Shown: positions 41,414-51,708, counted from the stretch's first letter. The stretch is 64,000 nucleotides of DNA from Nitrosopumilus sp. (GCA_965219345.1 OZ244732.1:576001-640000), one strand, 5' to 3'. Notes: a model not told the origin generated them from the sequence alone. Numbers and translations are program-made.

Positions 41414-41566
41414 CTATTCTGGAATCGATACGGTCTCAATTTTTCCATCAACTACTTTTACGAACAAAAACCTGTTGTCTTTAATAATAAAGGTAATTCC
41501 ACCTTCCTTATCTGGTTCTTCTACTTCGAGTATTGGTTGTCCTAACAGACCATCGTATTTTGCCAT
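41414..41566 (-). CDS. Small hypothetical protein (50 aa); not in ORF track
   Basis: MAKYDGLLGQPILEVEEPDKEGGITFIIKDNRFLFVKVVDGKIETVSIPE; aligns with 41257..41403. Confidence 0.7.
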   Translation of the reverse strand: MAKYDGLLGQPILEVEEPDKEGGITFIIKDNRFLFVKVVDGKIETVSIPE

Positions 41567-41714
41567 GTTGATTCAATTAAAAAGTTCCTTATATCCCTAA
41601 TTGACTAGAATATTTTTTTATAATAACCGACATTTCAGTCACATGTCAGTCCGTTACAGGACTGCATTTGTTGACCAGTTCTATTTTTTCCTATTTTGTA
41701 ATTTTTTGAGCCTG

Positions 41715-41990
41715 ATGGTGACAAAAAAAGCAGTATTTTTAGTAGATTTACTGTTGGAAGGAGACATCAGGCTACGAGATGGAATGATTGATCCTTCAAA
41801 GATGTGGAATTCTGAAAATGATCAGTTTCACAGTTTAGTTCAAACATTTGCCGGACTATTGGATCAGAATATTCTGATTTTGAAAACATTGAGAAAGGAG
41901 CTTGTAGGAAATTGCAAGCATCCCAAAAGAATGAGAGATAAAACCTCCAAAGGACAGTGGTATTGAATGAATTGTAATTTAGATTTATGA
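41715..41990 (+). pseudogene. Hypothetical Zn-binding protein with TGA at a Cys position
   Basis: ...CKHPKRMRDKTSKGQWY*MNCNLDL; stop at 41964-66 interrupts a CxH...CxxC motif. Confidence 0.5.
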
Positions 41991-42006
41991 TTTGTTTTTC
42001 TTAATA

Positions 42007-42654
42007 TTATGGATCTCTACTTGTATCATCACCATTCATTGTTATTTTACCAACACATGGATCCTCTACATCAACAAATTTCTCTGCGTCACTCATAACT
42101 CTCATCATGGCAAATGCTCTAATCTTTGCGTTTGGAAATGCTTCGGCTAATCTGTTCACTCCTCCCATAATTGTAGATCCGCGTGTAATTATGTCATCCA
42201 CCAGAACAATTTCTTTTGGCTCAAACAGCAATTCTTTCACTTTCATTGATTCATAGTGTTGAAATGCTTTCGGTCTATTTGCCCCAACTCTCTGACCAGA
42301 TGATCTTGTAACAGCTATCGCTCTCTCTAAACATTCTTCTGATGATTTACCTAATCCGTTATTGATCATTGCGGATGTGATACGTTGTGGTACCCAAAGT
42401 GTACCTGGTTTTATCAATGAACTCTTGGGAGTTGGTACTAGAATTGTATTTGAATTAAAATAATCTGCAAATGGAAATGTATCGATTTCTTTTTTCATCG
42501 CCTGAACAATATATTCTGATGTTAAAACACCTGAATTCAAAACATTATCATTTTTTAGATTAATCATTGCTGTTTTTGCTCCCTTGGCTTTTTCTGAACT
42601 TCCACGTGGAGCGTACGTGAGCAACGAACCAAATTCAACTTCAGATACGTTCAT
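42007..42654 (-). CDS. ComF-like phosphoribosyltransferase
   Basis: ILVPTP, L.R, IVLVDDIITRGST PRPP-binding loop. Confidence 0.85.
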   Translation of the reverse strand: MNVSEVEFGSLLTYAPRGSSEKAKGAKTAMINLKNDNVLNSGVLTSEYIVQAMKKEIDTFPFADYFNSNTILVPTPKSSLIKPGTLWVPQRITSAMINNGLGKSSEECLERAIAVTRSSGQRVGANRPKAFQHYESMKVKELLFEPKEIVLVDDIITRGSTIMGGVNRLAEAFPNAKIRAFAMMRVMSDAEKFVDVEDPCVGKITMNGDDTSRDP

Positions 42655-42659
42655 CGTGA

Positions 42660-43355
42660 CTATCTTTGAAACAATTCTGGCATTTTAACATTTGATGGAA
42701 GGACTTCTAAAATATCTAAAGGATCATCAAGTTCTATCGCGCCATATTCTATCATTTCTTTTGGCCATTTTAATTTTGGATTGTGTACCACTTGTTTACA
42801 GATAAACAATGGTCTTCCCAAACGTATTGTTTCCCATCCTTGATATAATGTTCCACTGCCATCTCCTGCTTCTACAATTACAGAAGCATCAGAGATTAAT
42901 GCCATTGTACGATTACGTAAAGCAAAATCTTTAGGAGTAGTTTTGTAACCTACTTGATATTGAGAAATAACTAGATGATTTTTCATAATCTCTTCTTGCA
43001 ATTCCGCATTTTCTTTTGGATATGTTTTGTTTAATGGTGTTCCAAGTACTGCAATTGTTTTACCGCCATTTTTAATTGCTGTTTTATGTCCTACCGAATC
43101 AATTCCTTTTGCAAGTCCACTCACAATTGTAACATCATGTTCTATGAGAATTTTTGAAACTTCTTCGGCAGCTAAAAGTCCCTCTTCCGTTGGTTGTCTT
43201 GTACCAATAATGGAAACTCTTGCACATGGTAATGGTGGTGTTATTTTTCCTTTATAGTAAATTATTGGAGGCGCATATTTTTTTTCAATATCATTTAATG
43301 GACGACCAAGTAAATTCTTCAAGTCAATGGATTGATATTCTAATTCTTCTTCCAT
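42660..43355 (-). CDS. DprA/Smf (SLOG) protein, core domain only
   Basis: IIGTR, IVSGLAKGIDS..H, AVLGTP..YPKEN, F..RNR, VEAG..SGT. Confidence 0.9.
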   Translation of the reverse strand: MEEELEYQSIDLKNLLGRPLNDIEKKYAPPIIYYKGKITPPLPCARVSIIGTRQPTEEGLLAAEEVSKILIEHDVTIVSGLAKGIDSVGHKTAIKNGGKTIAVLGTPLNKTYPKENAELQEEIMKNHLVISQYQVGYKTTPKDFALRNRTMALISDASVIVEAGDGSGTLYQGWETIRLGRPLFICKQVVHNPKLKWPKEMIEYGAIELDDPLDILEVLPSNVKMPELFQR

Positions 43356-43650
43356 TTCCTTTCATATATTACGCGATCGGGTCTTTTTTAAAACTTTCAG
43401 GAAGGGGTTAGCTAACATGAACATAATCATACTCCAATTTACCTATTCTAGAATTAAAAATTACTCATCAATATACAGAAATCTCAAGTCAGTATTTTTA
43501 CCAAATTCTAATTCTTCTTCCATTCATATCAGATTCATGATTGAAGAGCGAAATACCATCTCCAAATAGTCTCAAATGAGCCTAACGGAGTATGATATTG
43601 TAATCTTTGAGCATGAAAAGAGACTCATAACTTTCTTTGTATATCTGTGG

Positions 43651-44586
43651 CTAATCAGGAGAATAGAAACTCTTTCCAGCACACAAGATGTCTACATGTC
43701 TAGCACCATTATCCATCAACAATTTAGCACATATCTCTATCGTACCACCAGACACCAACACATCATCAACTAACAAAATCTTTTTGTTGATTATTTCACT
43801 ATTGTTTAAAATTCTATGTTGCTCTTCAGCTAATTTTTTTCTTGCATATATGCCTAAATTTTTACGATTATCTTCTGATTCTTCTATTTTTTCTAATGCA
43901 TCTAACACACATGGCTTTCCAAGCTTCTTTGCAAGACTTAATGCAATAGATACACCTTTACAAATTTGTGGATTATCTGATTCGTGGTTTGGAGCTGGAA
44001 CAATTACATCAATGTTGAGCTTGTTATTTTCCTGTAAATATTCCAACATTCTTGTACTGATAATTTCAGATGAATCTCTTGATTTGTTTGTGTAAATTTG
44101 CATAGAAAATTTGTCTTTAATGGCTTTTTCATAATCTCTTTTTCTGGTATAATAATCTCCACAATAATTTAATTCAAATTCACGTTTTTCCAATTCATGT
44201 TTTAAATTATTTAATAATCTGGGATGTTCACCATCTTTAATTCTAGAAATTAAATCATCATATTCTGGATATAGTCTTACATCTGGATCTACAAGTTTTT
44301 TTAACAATTTTTCATAATGCATTTTCATTTTATCACCTATTCTAGAATCTTCTATTGAATCAAAAATTTCAGTCATGATGTTCTCTATTGCCTCACAATA
44401 CATCTTTTGAGCAAAACTTTCTCTTCCTTGTCCATAAAGTGAATCGCCTTTCAATTCTAAAATTTCAGATTCATTTTCTCCTGCTTTGATTAATAATTGA
44501 AATGTATCTTCGGCCGCCCTGAAATTCTTCTCTTTCAAAAATTCTTTACCTTGTCGAATTAGCTCGTCTTTTTTTATTTTTGACAT
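43651..44586 (-). CDS. TPR + ComF-like phosphoribosyltransferase fusion
   Basis: N-terminal TPR-like helices (ELKGDSLYGQGR), VIVPAP, ILLVDDVLVSGGT. Confidence 0.8.
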   Translation of the reverse strand: MSKIKKDELIRQGKEFLKEKNFRAAEDTFQLLIKAGENESEILELKGDSLYGQGRESFAQKMYCEAIENIMTEIFDSIEDSRIGDKMKMHYEKLLKKLVDPDVRLYPEYDDLISRIKDGEHPRLLNNLKHELEKREFELNYCGDYYTRKRDYEKAIKDKFSMQIYTNKSRDSSEIISTRMLEYLQENNKLNIDVIVPAPNHESDNPQICKGVSIALSLAKKLGKPCVLDALEKIEESEDNRKNLGIYARKKLAEEQHRILNNSEIINKKILLVDDVLVSGGTIEICAKLLMDNGARHVDILCAGKSFYSPD

Positions 44587-44592
44587 AATTGC

Positions 44593-44931
44593 TTATGAAA
44601 AGATGAAATTAACATTTTGTAATGAGCATGTACACGTGGAATAATGCCAAAAACATGCCTTTTCTATATGAGATCGATTATTTTCATGCCTAGACAGACT
44701 CAAATCTTCTTTTCTGATAGGAGACTCCAATTTCATATTTGCAGCTTCTATCCATCTGTTTTTCCATTCATTGTTTATTCTAATAATATTCAATGTAGAA
44801 CTACACATTTTACATTTGTACAAGAGACCACTGTTCCTACCAGAATTCATTAATTTTCTTTCAATCTGAGTGCCATACAATCTATGATTATGTCCACAAA
44901 TTCCACACGTAATTGTTCTCTTATTGGACAT
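44593..44931 (-). CDS. Hypothetical Zn-ribbon protein
   Basis: CGIC...CKMC; 6 bp upstream of the TPR-PRTase. Confidence 0.45.
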   Translation of the reverse strand: MSNKRTITCGICGHNHRLYGTQIERKLMNSGRNSGLLYKCKMCSSTLNIIRINNEWKNRWIEAANMKLESPIRKEDLSLSRHENNRSHIEKACFWHYSTCTCSLQNVNFIFS

Positions 44932-45032
44932 TTTTATCGAAAAAAGCAGAATGTATTGTCATCAGATACATTTCTTGCAAGAACCTAATGTATCAGATCG
45001 ATCAACTCTATTTACAAAACATGTGAGATTAT

Positions 45033-45365
45033 TTGATATCATTTTTGTTGTATTGCAACTATGAATATCGTAGACGCAAGGTCATTCTTGATGAGGATAT
45101 ACTAAAAGTCTCATCAAGTCAAGAACTAAAAGAACAATTCACACAAGTAACATCAATAGGAAAAATCAAGGAACTACCAGCAGGCTCAAAGGATGAAAAA
45201 ATTGGTGCCTATTGTTATGAGCATGGCTGTGACTTGATCATAGCAGACAAACGAGCTTATGACAAATTCTTCAGAGATGCACGCATAAAATCAGTGATAA
45301 TTTCAAACTATGGTATATTCAAAGAGGGAAAACGACTGATATACAGAATACAAATTATCAATTAA
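45033..45365 (+). CDS. PIN-like (DUF5615/Mut7-C-type) domain protein
   Basis: KVILDED, GSKDEKI, LIIADK motif spacing. Confidence 0.6.
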   Translation: MISFLLYCNYEYRRRKVILDEDILKVSSSQELKEQFTQVTSIGKIKELPAGSKDEKIGAYCYEHGCDLIIADKRAYDKFFRDARIKSVIISNYGIFKEGKRLIYRIQIIN

Positions 45366-45374
45366 CTAACAATA

Positions 45375-46300
45375 TTACATTCTTTTAGGACGTGGAAGTT
45401 TGAATCCCGATTTTGTAGGAATATCTTCTGGAATTGCTTCATGATATCCATGTAACAGTTGATACATTACTTTATTCAGAAGTGGCATTTCAAATCTACC
45501 TTCTGAGTAATCCATATAGAAATCCAATGATTCATCATCCTGATAGAAAAACTCTACAATTGATTCATACCAATCATTTCTTGGTTTTTTATCATAGATA
45601 ATCACCTTTCTCATCTCTTCAATCTCTGAAAATACAGAGCTGTTAAAACTTCTACTGAGAATTAATGATTTTCTCTTTTCATAAAGTCTGACTCCTATCG
45701 TATCAGCTATTATTCCAAAATTCAAATACATTTCATCATCAAGATCTATTCTTTTCTTTTGATAAGATCCTTAATGGGAATCAAACTCAAATCTTTTACA
45801 AAATTCAAAGAAGTTTTTTCTAACAGTTGTTTTAAAAAACAAAAGAAGAGATGATTTCTTGCAGCATTATCTATTAAAGAACTTAATTGTTGATTATTCA
45901 GTTCAAAACCTAATGCAAAAAGACACCCCTTGATAGAAAGAAAATACATAGATGTCTTTGTAGTGACAACAATCTTATCACCAGTTTGAATAACATAGTT
46001 ATTCTCAATTAAACCTGGATATCTTTTTCCAATCTTTTTTCCTCCAGATTTTTTCTCATATCTCCCATTAATTATTACGTTGTATTTGTTACGCAATGTG
46101 TTTTTTTGTAGAGGATTGTTTTGATAGTAGTTTGAATTTGAAACAAATTTTTCCATTTCTGATGTAATACTTGGTCCAAGAATTGCTAATGATAAAACAA
46201 TCTCAAATGCGTGTCTTTTTCCTCTTTCTTTTTCATAAAGATTTGGTGTGTCTTTTGAAAAATATGTTGAAATAATATCTGTATCGGGAATTAACAACAT
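45375..46300 (-). pseudogene. Hypothetical (wHTH-like) protein split by a 1-nt frameshift at ~45750
   Basis: AAAAGAAAAGAATAGATC: shifting one base links 45746..46300 to 45375..45731 (..RIDLDDEMYLNF). Confidence 0.55.
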
Positions 46301-46589
46301 ACCATAGAATACTGGCTATGGTATACCATTAATTAATTATTAACTAATTCATGCCCAAAATCATAACATCGGTATCAATTCCCTTGGAATTACTACGAGA
46401 AATTGATGAGAAAAGAGATCACATCTCAAGAAGCAGTTTTTGTCCGAGTCTTATTGAGATTGGCCTAAAACAAAAGGAGATATCCAAATGAAAGACACAA
46501 GTCTTGGATTTCTTACTTCGTATTCTTTGCATGGTAAAATCATTATTGCAATAGAAGAAAAATGGAAAAATTTCTTCTAGGATTCCACA

Positions 46590-46736
46590 GAATTTCAAGA
46601 ACCCTTTTGTTTTTCCTGTGATTGCATTCTTGTAACCATTAACAGTTGCAGTACTATGTGAAACTGCATAACAAGAATCAAGATATTCTTGCAAAGCTTG
46701 TTCTGAATTTTCAAAATTCATTCTAACTGTCATCAA
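46590..46736 (-). pseudogene. N-terminal remnant of a probable integrase
   Basis: LQEYLDSCYAVSHSTATVNGYKNAI resembles integrase N-terminal helices (recalled, not searched); starts just inside the att repeat; catalytic domain absent. Confidence 0.45.
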
Positions 46737-46801
46737 GACAGGTAATTCGATTACTGTTAAAAATCCCTAGTCGTTATTTTTAGTAAATCTTGAGCCTAAC
46801 C

Positions 46802-47338
46802 CTAATTGATTATGATCTCAATCTCGCTGGAATTATTTTTGATACTTCCTGGTTCTGTATAGTCATGCTTTTGCCATGATGCAAATGCTTCAGCCCCAAC
46901 CTTGTGCTTACCTTTTCCCAAATCTGATGCTTTGAATACAAATTTTTCATTAAAATCAAATAATTCTTGTCTTACCTCTTCTTCTGAAAGTCTGATAAAT
47001 GGCTCAAAGTTTTTGGCCACTTGAACCCATATTCTTCTATCTTTCATAGGATTGACTAGTTTTGGGTTTCTTGTCCAAAAGATTGATGCCTTTCTGTAGG
47101 TATCAACAGTCCTACCTAATTCCTTCTTTCTGAATCCTCCTGACGTCAATTTTACACCGTATTTCATTTTGAATCCGACATCATTGTTGTTGTATGCTTT
47201 TGTCCAATTTGTCTCATTGAACGTATCTCTAATGTCTCCTTCAACTAAAAACTGGACCTCTATCTCAATATTATCATCAGATGGGTACTCATCCTGGGAC
47301 TTTACTAATCGAATCTCTGAAATCTTGCTTTCTGTCAT
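46802..47338 (-). CDS. Conserved hypothetical protein (island target gene)
   Basis: Intact 178-aa ORF, stop lies within the direct repeat. Confidence 0.7.
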   Translation of the reverse strand: MTESKISEIRLVKSQDEYPSDDNIEIEVQFLVEGDIRDTFNETNWTKAYNNNDVGFKMKYGVKLTSGGFRKKELGRTVDTYRKASIFWTRNPKLVNPMKDRRIWVQVAKNFEPFIRLSEEEVRQELFDFNEKFVFKASDLGKGKHKVGAEAFASWQKHDYTEPGSIKNNSSEIEIIIN

Positions 47339-47389
47339 TCTAATCGTTCATAATGATTTATATCCACAATAAGTTCTTTTTCCGAATAC

Positions 47390-47668
47390 ATGAACGCTCA
47401 GGTGATTAGTTTAGAACCTAAGGAAATCAGCATTTCAATAAAAGATACTGATATAGGAATTTTATACATTATTCAACACGAGCTTCTAAAGAAATCAAAT
47501 ATTGATTTTGCAGGTGTTATCATAAAGCATCCACTTACCAATGAAATTTGGATGAGAATCACTTCTAAAACAAAACCACTAGGAGAGATGAAAAAAGCTG
47601 CAGATTCAGCAATTAAAATAGCAGAAGAGTTCAAAAAATTATTTAATTCTAAAATTAAGGTAAATTAG
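47390..47668 (+). CDS. rpoL: RNA polymerase subunit L (Rpo11)
   Basis: FAG....HPL motif; position before tfs. Confidence 0.85.
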   Translation: MNAQVISLEPKEISISIKDTDIGILYIIQHELLKKSNIDFAGVIIKHPLTNEIWMRITSKTKPLGEMKKAADSAIKIAEEFKKLFNSKIKVN

Positions 47669-47669
47669 A

Positions 47670-47987
47670 TTGAAATTTTGCCCCAAATGTGAGGTCAAAT
47701 TAAAAAAGAGTGTTTCTGGCCTTCAATGTTCAAAATGTGGCTACACTGAAGGACAAAAAACAAAACCAGCAAAAAAAATTACTAATGAACAAGAACCAGA
47801 TAACTCCCTTCTTGCTTTTGAAGGAAATGAAGGGGAAGAATCTTATTCAACAATCAAAATGGATTGTGCAAAATGTGGTCATGATGAAGCAGTTTGGTGG
47901 ATGTTTCAGACTAGAAGCGCAGATGAACCAACAACCAGATTTTATCGTTGTCAAAAATGTAAATACACTTGGCGTGATTACACATAA
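47670..47987 (+). CDS. tfs: Transcription factor S
   Basis: MKFCPKC; FQTRSADEPTTRFYRC. Confidence 0.93.
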   Translation: MKFCPKCEVKLKKSVSGLQCSKCGYTEGQKTKPAKKITNEQEPDNSLLAFEGNEGEESYSTIKMDCAKCGHDEAVWWMFQTRSADEPTTRFYRCQKCKYTWRDYT

Positions 47988-48021
47988 CGTTTAACTGGAA
48001 CATAAAGTCAAGAAGGTTGAT

Positions 48022-48768
48022 TTGACTTTTGGAGCAAAAACAAGTGGTTCAGACGATCTAAAAGCTATAATCTCTGCAATATCTACACTTGTTGAAGAAG
48101 CTACTTTTGTTGCAAACTCGGAAGGAATTACTTTTAGAGGAATGGATCCATCACATGTTGCTCTTATTGATATATCCTGGCCAAATTCCGCATTTGAAAA
48201 ATATGAGTGTGATAGTGACATTAAATTTGGAGTACGAATAGATGAATTTTCAAAACTCATCAAAAGAGCAGATAAAAAAGATAGTATAGAGATTAGTATC
48301 TCAGATCAAAACATGTTACTTGTAACAGTTGGAAAAAATAAAAAATACAAAATGCGTTTAATTGAAAGTTCTGCAACTGATACTCCACTACCAAAAATTC
48401 CTTATGCTTCAAAAATTACTTTGTCTTCTTCAAAGTTTGACAAAATTCTTGGTGATGTACAGGTTGTATCTGACTATCTAACAATTCAGACATCTGATTC
48501 AAAAGCAGATTTTTCAGGTAAAGGTGACTCTGGTGAAGTTGTAATTGATCTTGATAAAGATGATGAAGACATTGAAGAAATTTCTTCAAAAGAAGATAGT
48601 ACTGGAACTTACAGTCTTGAATATCTTAATCCAGTGATAAAAGCCGTAGGAACTACTGCAGGCTTGATTACATGTGAGTTTTCAAGCGCAAAACCTCTTA
48701 GAATTGAATTCAAAGTCGCAAATATTGGTAGAATTCACTTTTACTTGGCTCCACGCGTGGAAAGTTAA
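48022..48768 (+). CDS. pcn: PCNA sliding clamp
   Basis: MDPSHVAL, YSLEYL, FYLAPR. Confidence 0.96.
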   Translation: MTFGAKTSGSDDLKAIISAISTLVEEATFVANSEGITFRGMDPSHVALIDISWPNSAFEKYECDSDIKFGVRIDEFSKLIKRADKKDSIEISISDQNMLLVTVGKNKKYKMRLIESSATDTPLPKIPYASKITLSSSKFDKILGDVQVVSDYLTIQTSDSKADFSGKGDSGEVVIDLDKDDEDIEEISSKEDSTGTYSLEYLNPVIKAVGTTAGLITCEFSSAKPLRIEFKVANIGRIHFYLAPRVES

Positions 48769-48803
48769 AGCATTTAAAGATTAACTAATTCAGGTATTTT
48801 GAA

Positions 48804-50207
48804 ATGAGACTTGTTATAAAATATGGTGGAACATCAATTTCTGCTGCAAAAGATATTCAAGCTGTAGCTAAACACATTAACACATTATCAAAAAAACATC
48901 AGATACTAGTTGTTTGTTCTGCAATAAGTAAAACTACTGATAATCTTATAGAAATATCTGAGTCTATAAAGAAAGAAAATAAATCAAAAGCTGAACGACT
49001 TGCATCAAAAATTATCAGTAGACATATACAATTAGCAAAACAAACAATCAAAAAATCTGATGTACGAAAGAAATTACTAGAAAAATTAGATCAAGACTTT
49101 GCAGAACTTCTTGCATTAATTGATGGAATGGTATTACTAGGTGAAGTTACACCCAGATCAATGGATTACCTAATTTCACTTGGTGAAAGATTATCAATTA
49201 AATTAGTTTCGTCAGCAATTAATGATTCAGGCAAAAAGTCAATTCCTCTTACTGGCAAAGAAATAGGAATTGTAACTGATTCTAAGTTTGGTGAATCTAA
49301 ACCACTTTTGGATACAACTAGACTGAGAGTATCAAAGACAGTGGATACTCTGTTCTCAAAGAAAACAATACCCGTTGTAGGAGGATTTGCAGGTGCAGAT
49401 CAACATGGACATGTAACTACATTTGGCAGAGGAGGTTCTGATTATTCTGCAACAATCATTGGTTCTTGTATTAAAGCAGACGAGATTTGGTTGATGAGTG
49501 ATGTAGATGGACTTATGACAGCAGATCCAAAGATAGTCAAAAATGCAAAACTACTCAAAGAAGTATCATACATAGAAGCAATTGAAATGGCTCTGTTTGG
49601 TGCAAAACAGATACATCCACGAACATTTGAGCCTCTACTCACGAAGAAAATCCCAATGAAGATTAGGAATTCTTTCAATGTAAAAAATGAAGGAACCATA
49701 GTAACTGCATCTACTTCTTTATCTGCTAAAAATACCGTAAAGTGTGTAAGTAATATTCAAAATAATGGGCTAATCGATATTCAAGGTGGCAGTATGGTTG
49801 GAACCCCAGGAACTGCAGCAAAAATATTTGTCACACTAGCAAAAGCTGAAATCAACGTAATGATGATCTCTCAAAATCCCTCCGAATCAAGTATTACAAT
49901 TGTAGTAAAGAATACAGATCTTGACAAAGCAGTTAGTACATTAGAAATGGAGCTGTTAGGAAAAATTATTAAAAAACTAGAAGTCACAACGGATGTAGCA
50001 ATTATCGCACTAATTGGTTCAGGAATGCGAGGAACTGTTGGAGTTGCCTCAAAAGTTTTTGGGGCAATTGGGAAAAACAAAGTTAACGTATCTATGATTA
50101 CTCAAGGTTCATCTGAGCTTAATCTTGCATTTGTTGTAAAAAATTCTGATACAAATTCAGCAGTACAGGCTATACATAATGCATTTGCACTTGATAAAAT
50201 TAATTAA
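48804..50207 (+). CDS. lysC: Aspartate kinase
   Basis: KYGGTS, TFGRGGSD, DVDG..ADP, two ACT domains. Confidence 0.94.
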   Translation: MRLVIKYGGTSISAAKDIQAVAKHINTLSKKHQILVVCSAISKTTDNLIEISESIKKENKSKAERLASKIISRHIQLAKQTIKKSDVRKKLLEKLDQDFAELLALIDGMVLLGEVTPRSMDYLISLGERLSIKLVSSAINDSGKKSIPLTGKEIGIVTDSKFGESKPLLDTTRLRVSKTVDTLFSKKTIPVVGGFAGADQHGHVTTFGRGGSDYSATIIGSCIKADEIWLMSDVDGLMTADPKIVKNAKLLKEVSYIEAIEMALFGAKQIHPRTFEPLLTKKIPMKIRNSFNVKNEGTIVTASTSLSAKNTVKCVSNIQNNGLIDIQGGSMVGTPGTAAKIFVTLAKAEINVMMISQNPSESSITIVVKNTDLDKAVSTLEMELLGKIIKKLEVTTDVAIIALIGSGMRGTVGVASKVFGAIGKNKVNVSMITQGSSELNLAFVVKNSDTNSAVQAIHNAFALDKIN

Positions 50208-50244
50208 GACAAAATCATTTAAGGGAATAAACTAATCAGATTCA

Positions 50245-51708
50245 TTGAACAAATTTATTGCTATTTTGATTATTGGAATTTTTGCTGCTAGTATCATTTC
50301 TATTTCTTCAATATCTGATCAATTTGTTGATGCGGGTTCTAGAAAAAAAATTCACTTTACTCAAACTATTACGTCCTCTCAAGATCCAGGACAAGGACAT
50401 CAAAATCATCAATTAGCACTTGTTCTATCACCAAACGAAGGAACTCTTTATGACGGTTCTATGACATTTACCTCAAGTGAGTCTGTTCAGATAGTTGTTT
50501 TACACGAAATTAACTCTCAAGAGGCAAAAGGCCAACCTATCTGGACTGTTGATGGAAATACTGTTTATGGCTTATCCCTCATTGATTTAGAGGAAAAATC
50601 AGGTTCTTTTGAATTTACAGGAGCTGCACTTGCATTACATTCTCCTAATTCGAAAGAATTCACTGTAACTGTAAGTGTTGATGGTTGGATACGAGGACAA
50701 CCTATTGAAGTAATAATGCAAAAAATGGAATTTGAAAAAGAAGATCCATCATTGTTACTTTCAAGAACAAATGTTCCAGCTACAATTCCAATGCATAAAG
50801 GAATCTATGGAGGAAATCAAATTCTCTACATTATAACTGACGGTAGCGATGAAGATTACGCAAAAATTCTCTCAGAAAAACAAGGATGGAATGTTGAACT
50901 TGCTTCAGCGATTGCAGATGTACCAGAAGATGCTCTTCAAAAATTATTTATTTTTAAAAATGGGATTAAAGGTGATGGAATTTATGGATTTCAAGATGAA
51001 GTTTTTTCTAGTACTCCATCACAAGAATCAGAGTACAGCGCGTTAAATTCTATAATTGAAGTTACATGGAAAATAGGTCAAAAAGAAATAGTGTTTGAAT
51101 CTGCAGCTGATGTAATTGCTGCTGAAGAAGGTGGTCGAGTTGAATTTAATGAAACAGGAATTGTTCTTAACACTCCTCAAATTACCTGGCCTGATGGGCA
51201 GATGACAGTACGTTCTGACAAAGAAATTACAGATGAAATGTCATATGGTGGAGGTCAGATAATTGAAATTAATGAGAAAGAATTGAATGTAACCTTTGTA
51301 GCTCACAGAGGTTGGGGACCAAATGGTATATCCATTTACTATATTGTTACTGATGCTACTCCCTCAGGACCTGCAGAAACAATGGGGGTTGTCTCATCTC
51401 CTACTTCTGCAAATCTACTAACTCATTATGGAGCAGTTGATCTTTTCCAATTTAAAAATGGAATTAAAGGCTCTGGTCCACTAGGATTCCAGCCTGGAAT
51501 TGCTGGAGCAGCTCTTGGTGATGCAAATTACAGCCCAATGTGGCGAATTTATCTAGTAGAATGGAATGATACGGAATCAGCAAAAATTCTAGAAACAAAA
51601 TCAGATATTGACTCATTTCGTGCGGATGATTTGATAACTGTAAGCATTGCACGACCAACCAACGCTGATCATATAGTTAATTGTCCATTCATAGATCCAT
51701 TCCAATAG
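50245..51708 (+). CDS. Secreted hypothetical protein with two internal repeat domains
   Basis: Signal peptide; duplicated YI.TD...F.NGIKG.G..GFQ...YS..W....NxP units. Confidence 0.7.
   Translation: MNKFIAILIIGIFAASIISISSISDQFVDAGSRKKIHFTQTITSSQDPGQGHQNHQLALVLSPNEGTLYDGSMTFTSSESVQIVVLHEINSQEAKGQPIWTVDGNTVYGLSLIDLEEKSGSFEFTGAALALHSPNSKEFTVTVSVDGWIRGQPIEVIMQKMEFEKEDPSLLLSRTNVPATIPMHKGIYGGNQILYIITDGSDEDYAKILSEKQGWNVELASAIADVPEDALQKLFIFKNGIKGDGIYGFQDEVFSSTPSQESEYSALNSIIEVTWKIGQKEIVFESAADVIAAEEGGRVEFNETGIVLNTPQITWPDGQMTVRSDKEITDEMSYGGGQIIEINEKELNVTFVAHRGWGPNGISIYYIVTDATPSGPAETMGVVSSPTSANLLTHYGAVDLFQFKNGIKGSGPLGFQPGIAGAALGDANYSPMWRIYLVEWNDTESAKILETKSDIDSFRADDLITVSIARPTNADHIVNCPFIDPFQ

Larger units (their letters stand above)
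41595..46809. mobile_element. 5.2-kb integrated island in the 3' end of a protein-coding gene
   Basis: Direct repeat CCCTAATTGA at 41595-41604 and 46800-46809 (partial identity extends ~10 bp further), overlapping the stop of 46802..47338; integrase-like remnant just inside; accessory cargo. Confidence 0.7.
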
